In this document: one piece after another, positions 63,590-64,000 of the stretch
Layout of the letters: the number at the start of each line of letters is the position of its first letter
How positions within the stretch are numbered: position 1 is the first letter of the stretch
Assembly: GCA_013336225.1 (NCBI GenBank)
Contig: JAAXUC010000004.1
Span: 32,421-96,420 of the forward strand
Direction of reading: 5' to 3'
From: Candidatus Moraniibacteriota bacterium
GTDB lineage: Bacteria > Patescibacteriota > Minisyncoccia > Moranbacterales > GWC2-37-73
DNA length: 64,000 bases
Program-made: the position numbers and the translations under genes
Notes under the pieces: generated by a model
Seen by the model: the letters and a program-made list of their open reading frames with translations, nothing else
Databases searched by the model: none
What the model was told of the DNA's origin: nothing

Positions 63590-63637
63590 AAAGAAAATTT
63601 AAAGTATAATTTTAATAAATTTTTAAAATAAAAAAAC

Positions 63638-64000
63638 ATGACTCAAAAAACAAAAACAATCATTGTGGTGGCAATCATCTTGATGGCAACAGTTATAGTT
63701 GGCACATATTTGCTGCAAAAAAACATTCCAGTGGCTAATGCTCCACAAGAAGCTTTGAATTCCGTGCAAATCACTCAGCAGCCAGCAGAAAACATGGGAG
63801 CGCAAGAAGCAAAAAAAGTCACCTTTCCAAAAGAAATTTCAGGGCGAGTGGTTGGCATGACTTCAGCAACCTGGATTGTTGAGCAACCAACCGGAGCCAG
63901 AGAAATTGGCATCAACATCAAAACTCCAGTTTTCAAAATGGAAGGCTCTGTGAAAAAAGCCATGACCGTGTTTGATGTCAAAGCTGGAAATGAAATCATC
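63638..64000 (+). CDS. hypothetical membrane-anchored protein, N-terminal fragment (runs off window)
   Basis: ATG 63638, TM helix IIVVAIILMATVIVGTYLL; open to the window end. Confidence 0.35.
   Translation, partial: MTQKTKTIIVVAIILMATVIVGTYLLQKNIPVANAPQEALNSVQITQQPAENMGAQEAKKVTFPKEISGRVVGMTSATWIVEQPTGAREIGINIKTPVFKMEGSVKKAMTVFDVKAGNEII

Noticed and set aside
1-64000. rRNA genes, transposase/integrase genes, CRISPR-cas, restriction-modification or toxin-antitoxin pairs
   Set aside because: Scanned for on both strands and none found. No long ORF shows DDE, tyrosine-recombinase R..HxxR..Y or Cas motifs. The only HTH-MTase is fused and operon-embedded, with no partner nuclease.

Overview
Low-GC bacterial chromosomal window, genetic code 11, with TTG and GTG starts in use. 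Tight gene packing, short or extended ribosomal proteins, and aminoacyl-tRNA synthetases lacking accessory domains are consistent with a small-genome organism, possibly Patescibacteria/CPR-like; that placement is inference only. The backbone is translation and housekeeping: rpmE, rpsB-tsf, ricT/yaaT, a five-tRNA cluster (Thr-UGU, Tyr-GUA, Thr-GGU, Trp-CCA, plus Lys-UUU further on) with rpmG embedded, a Nox/CoADR-type flavoprotein, an LysM lytic transglycosylase, a DEAD-box helicase, T-box-controlled glyQS and ileS, proS, ispH, aspS, scpA-scpB, a DD-carboxypeptidase, mraY, pgk, eno, a PfkB kinase, an FtsA/PilM-like ATPase, the infA-rpmJ-rpsM-rpsK-rpsD-rpoA-rplQ operon, rplM-rpsI, frr, rseP and greA. 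Accessory content worth a second look: (1) a ~7 kb very AT-rich operon at 25.6-33.0 kb encoding an HTH-XRE/SAM-methyltransferase fusion, a radical-SAM/SPASM enzyme, a DegT aminotransferase, a GT2 glycosyltransferase, a class-I aminotransferase fused to a putative HD domain, a hypothetical protein and a small membrane peptide; (2) two unlinked small ORFs (Gly-rich 37 aa; hydrophobic 48 aa) sharing an identical 15-nt leader/SD; (3) tRNA-Tyr and tRNA-Lys each followed by a terminator and then inverted copies of their own 3' ends interleaved with a conserved ~35-nt core; (4) a PurD-like ATP-grasp / GNAT / SET-domain / 7TM histidine-kinase cluster; (5) a PEP-CTERM protein; (6) several families of 7-9 bp tandem repeats and conserved AT-rich elements recurring in intergenic regions, plus TGTCAT-ended foldback (MITE-like) elements. 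No rRNA, CRISPR array or transposase gene was seen.
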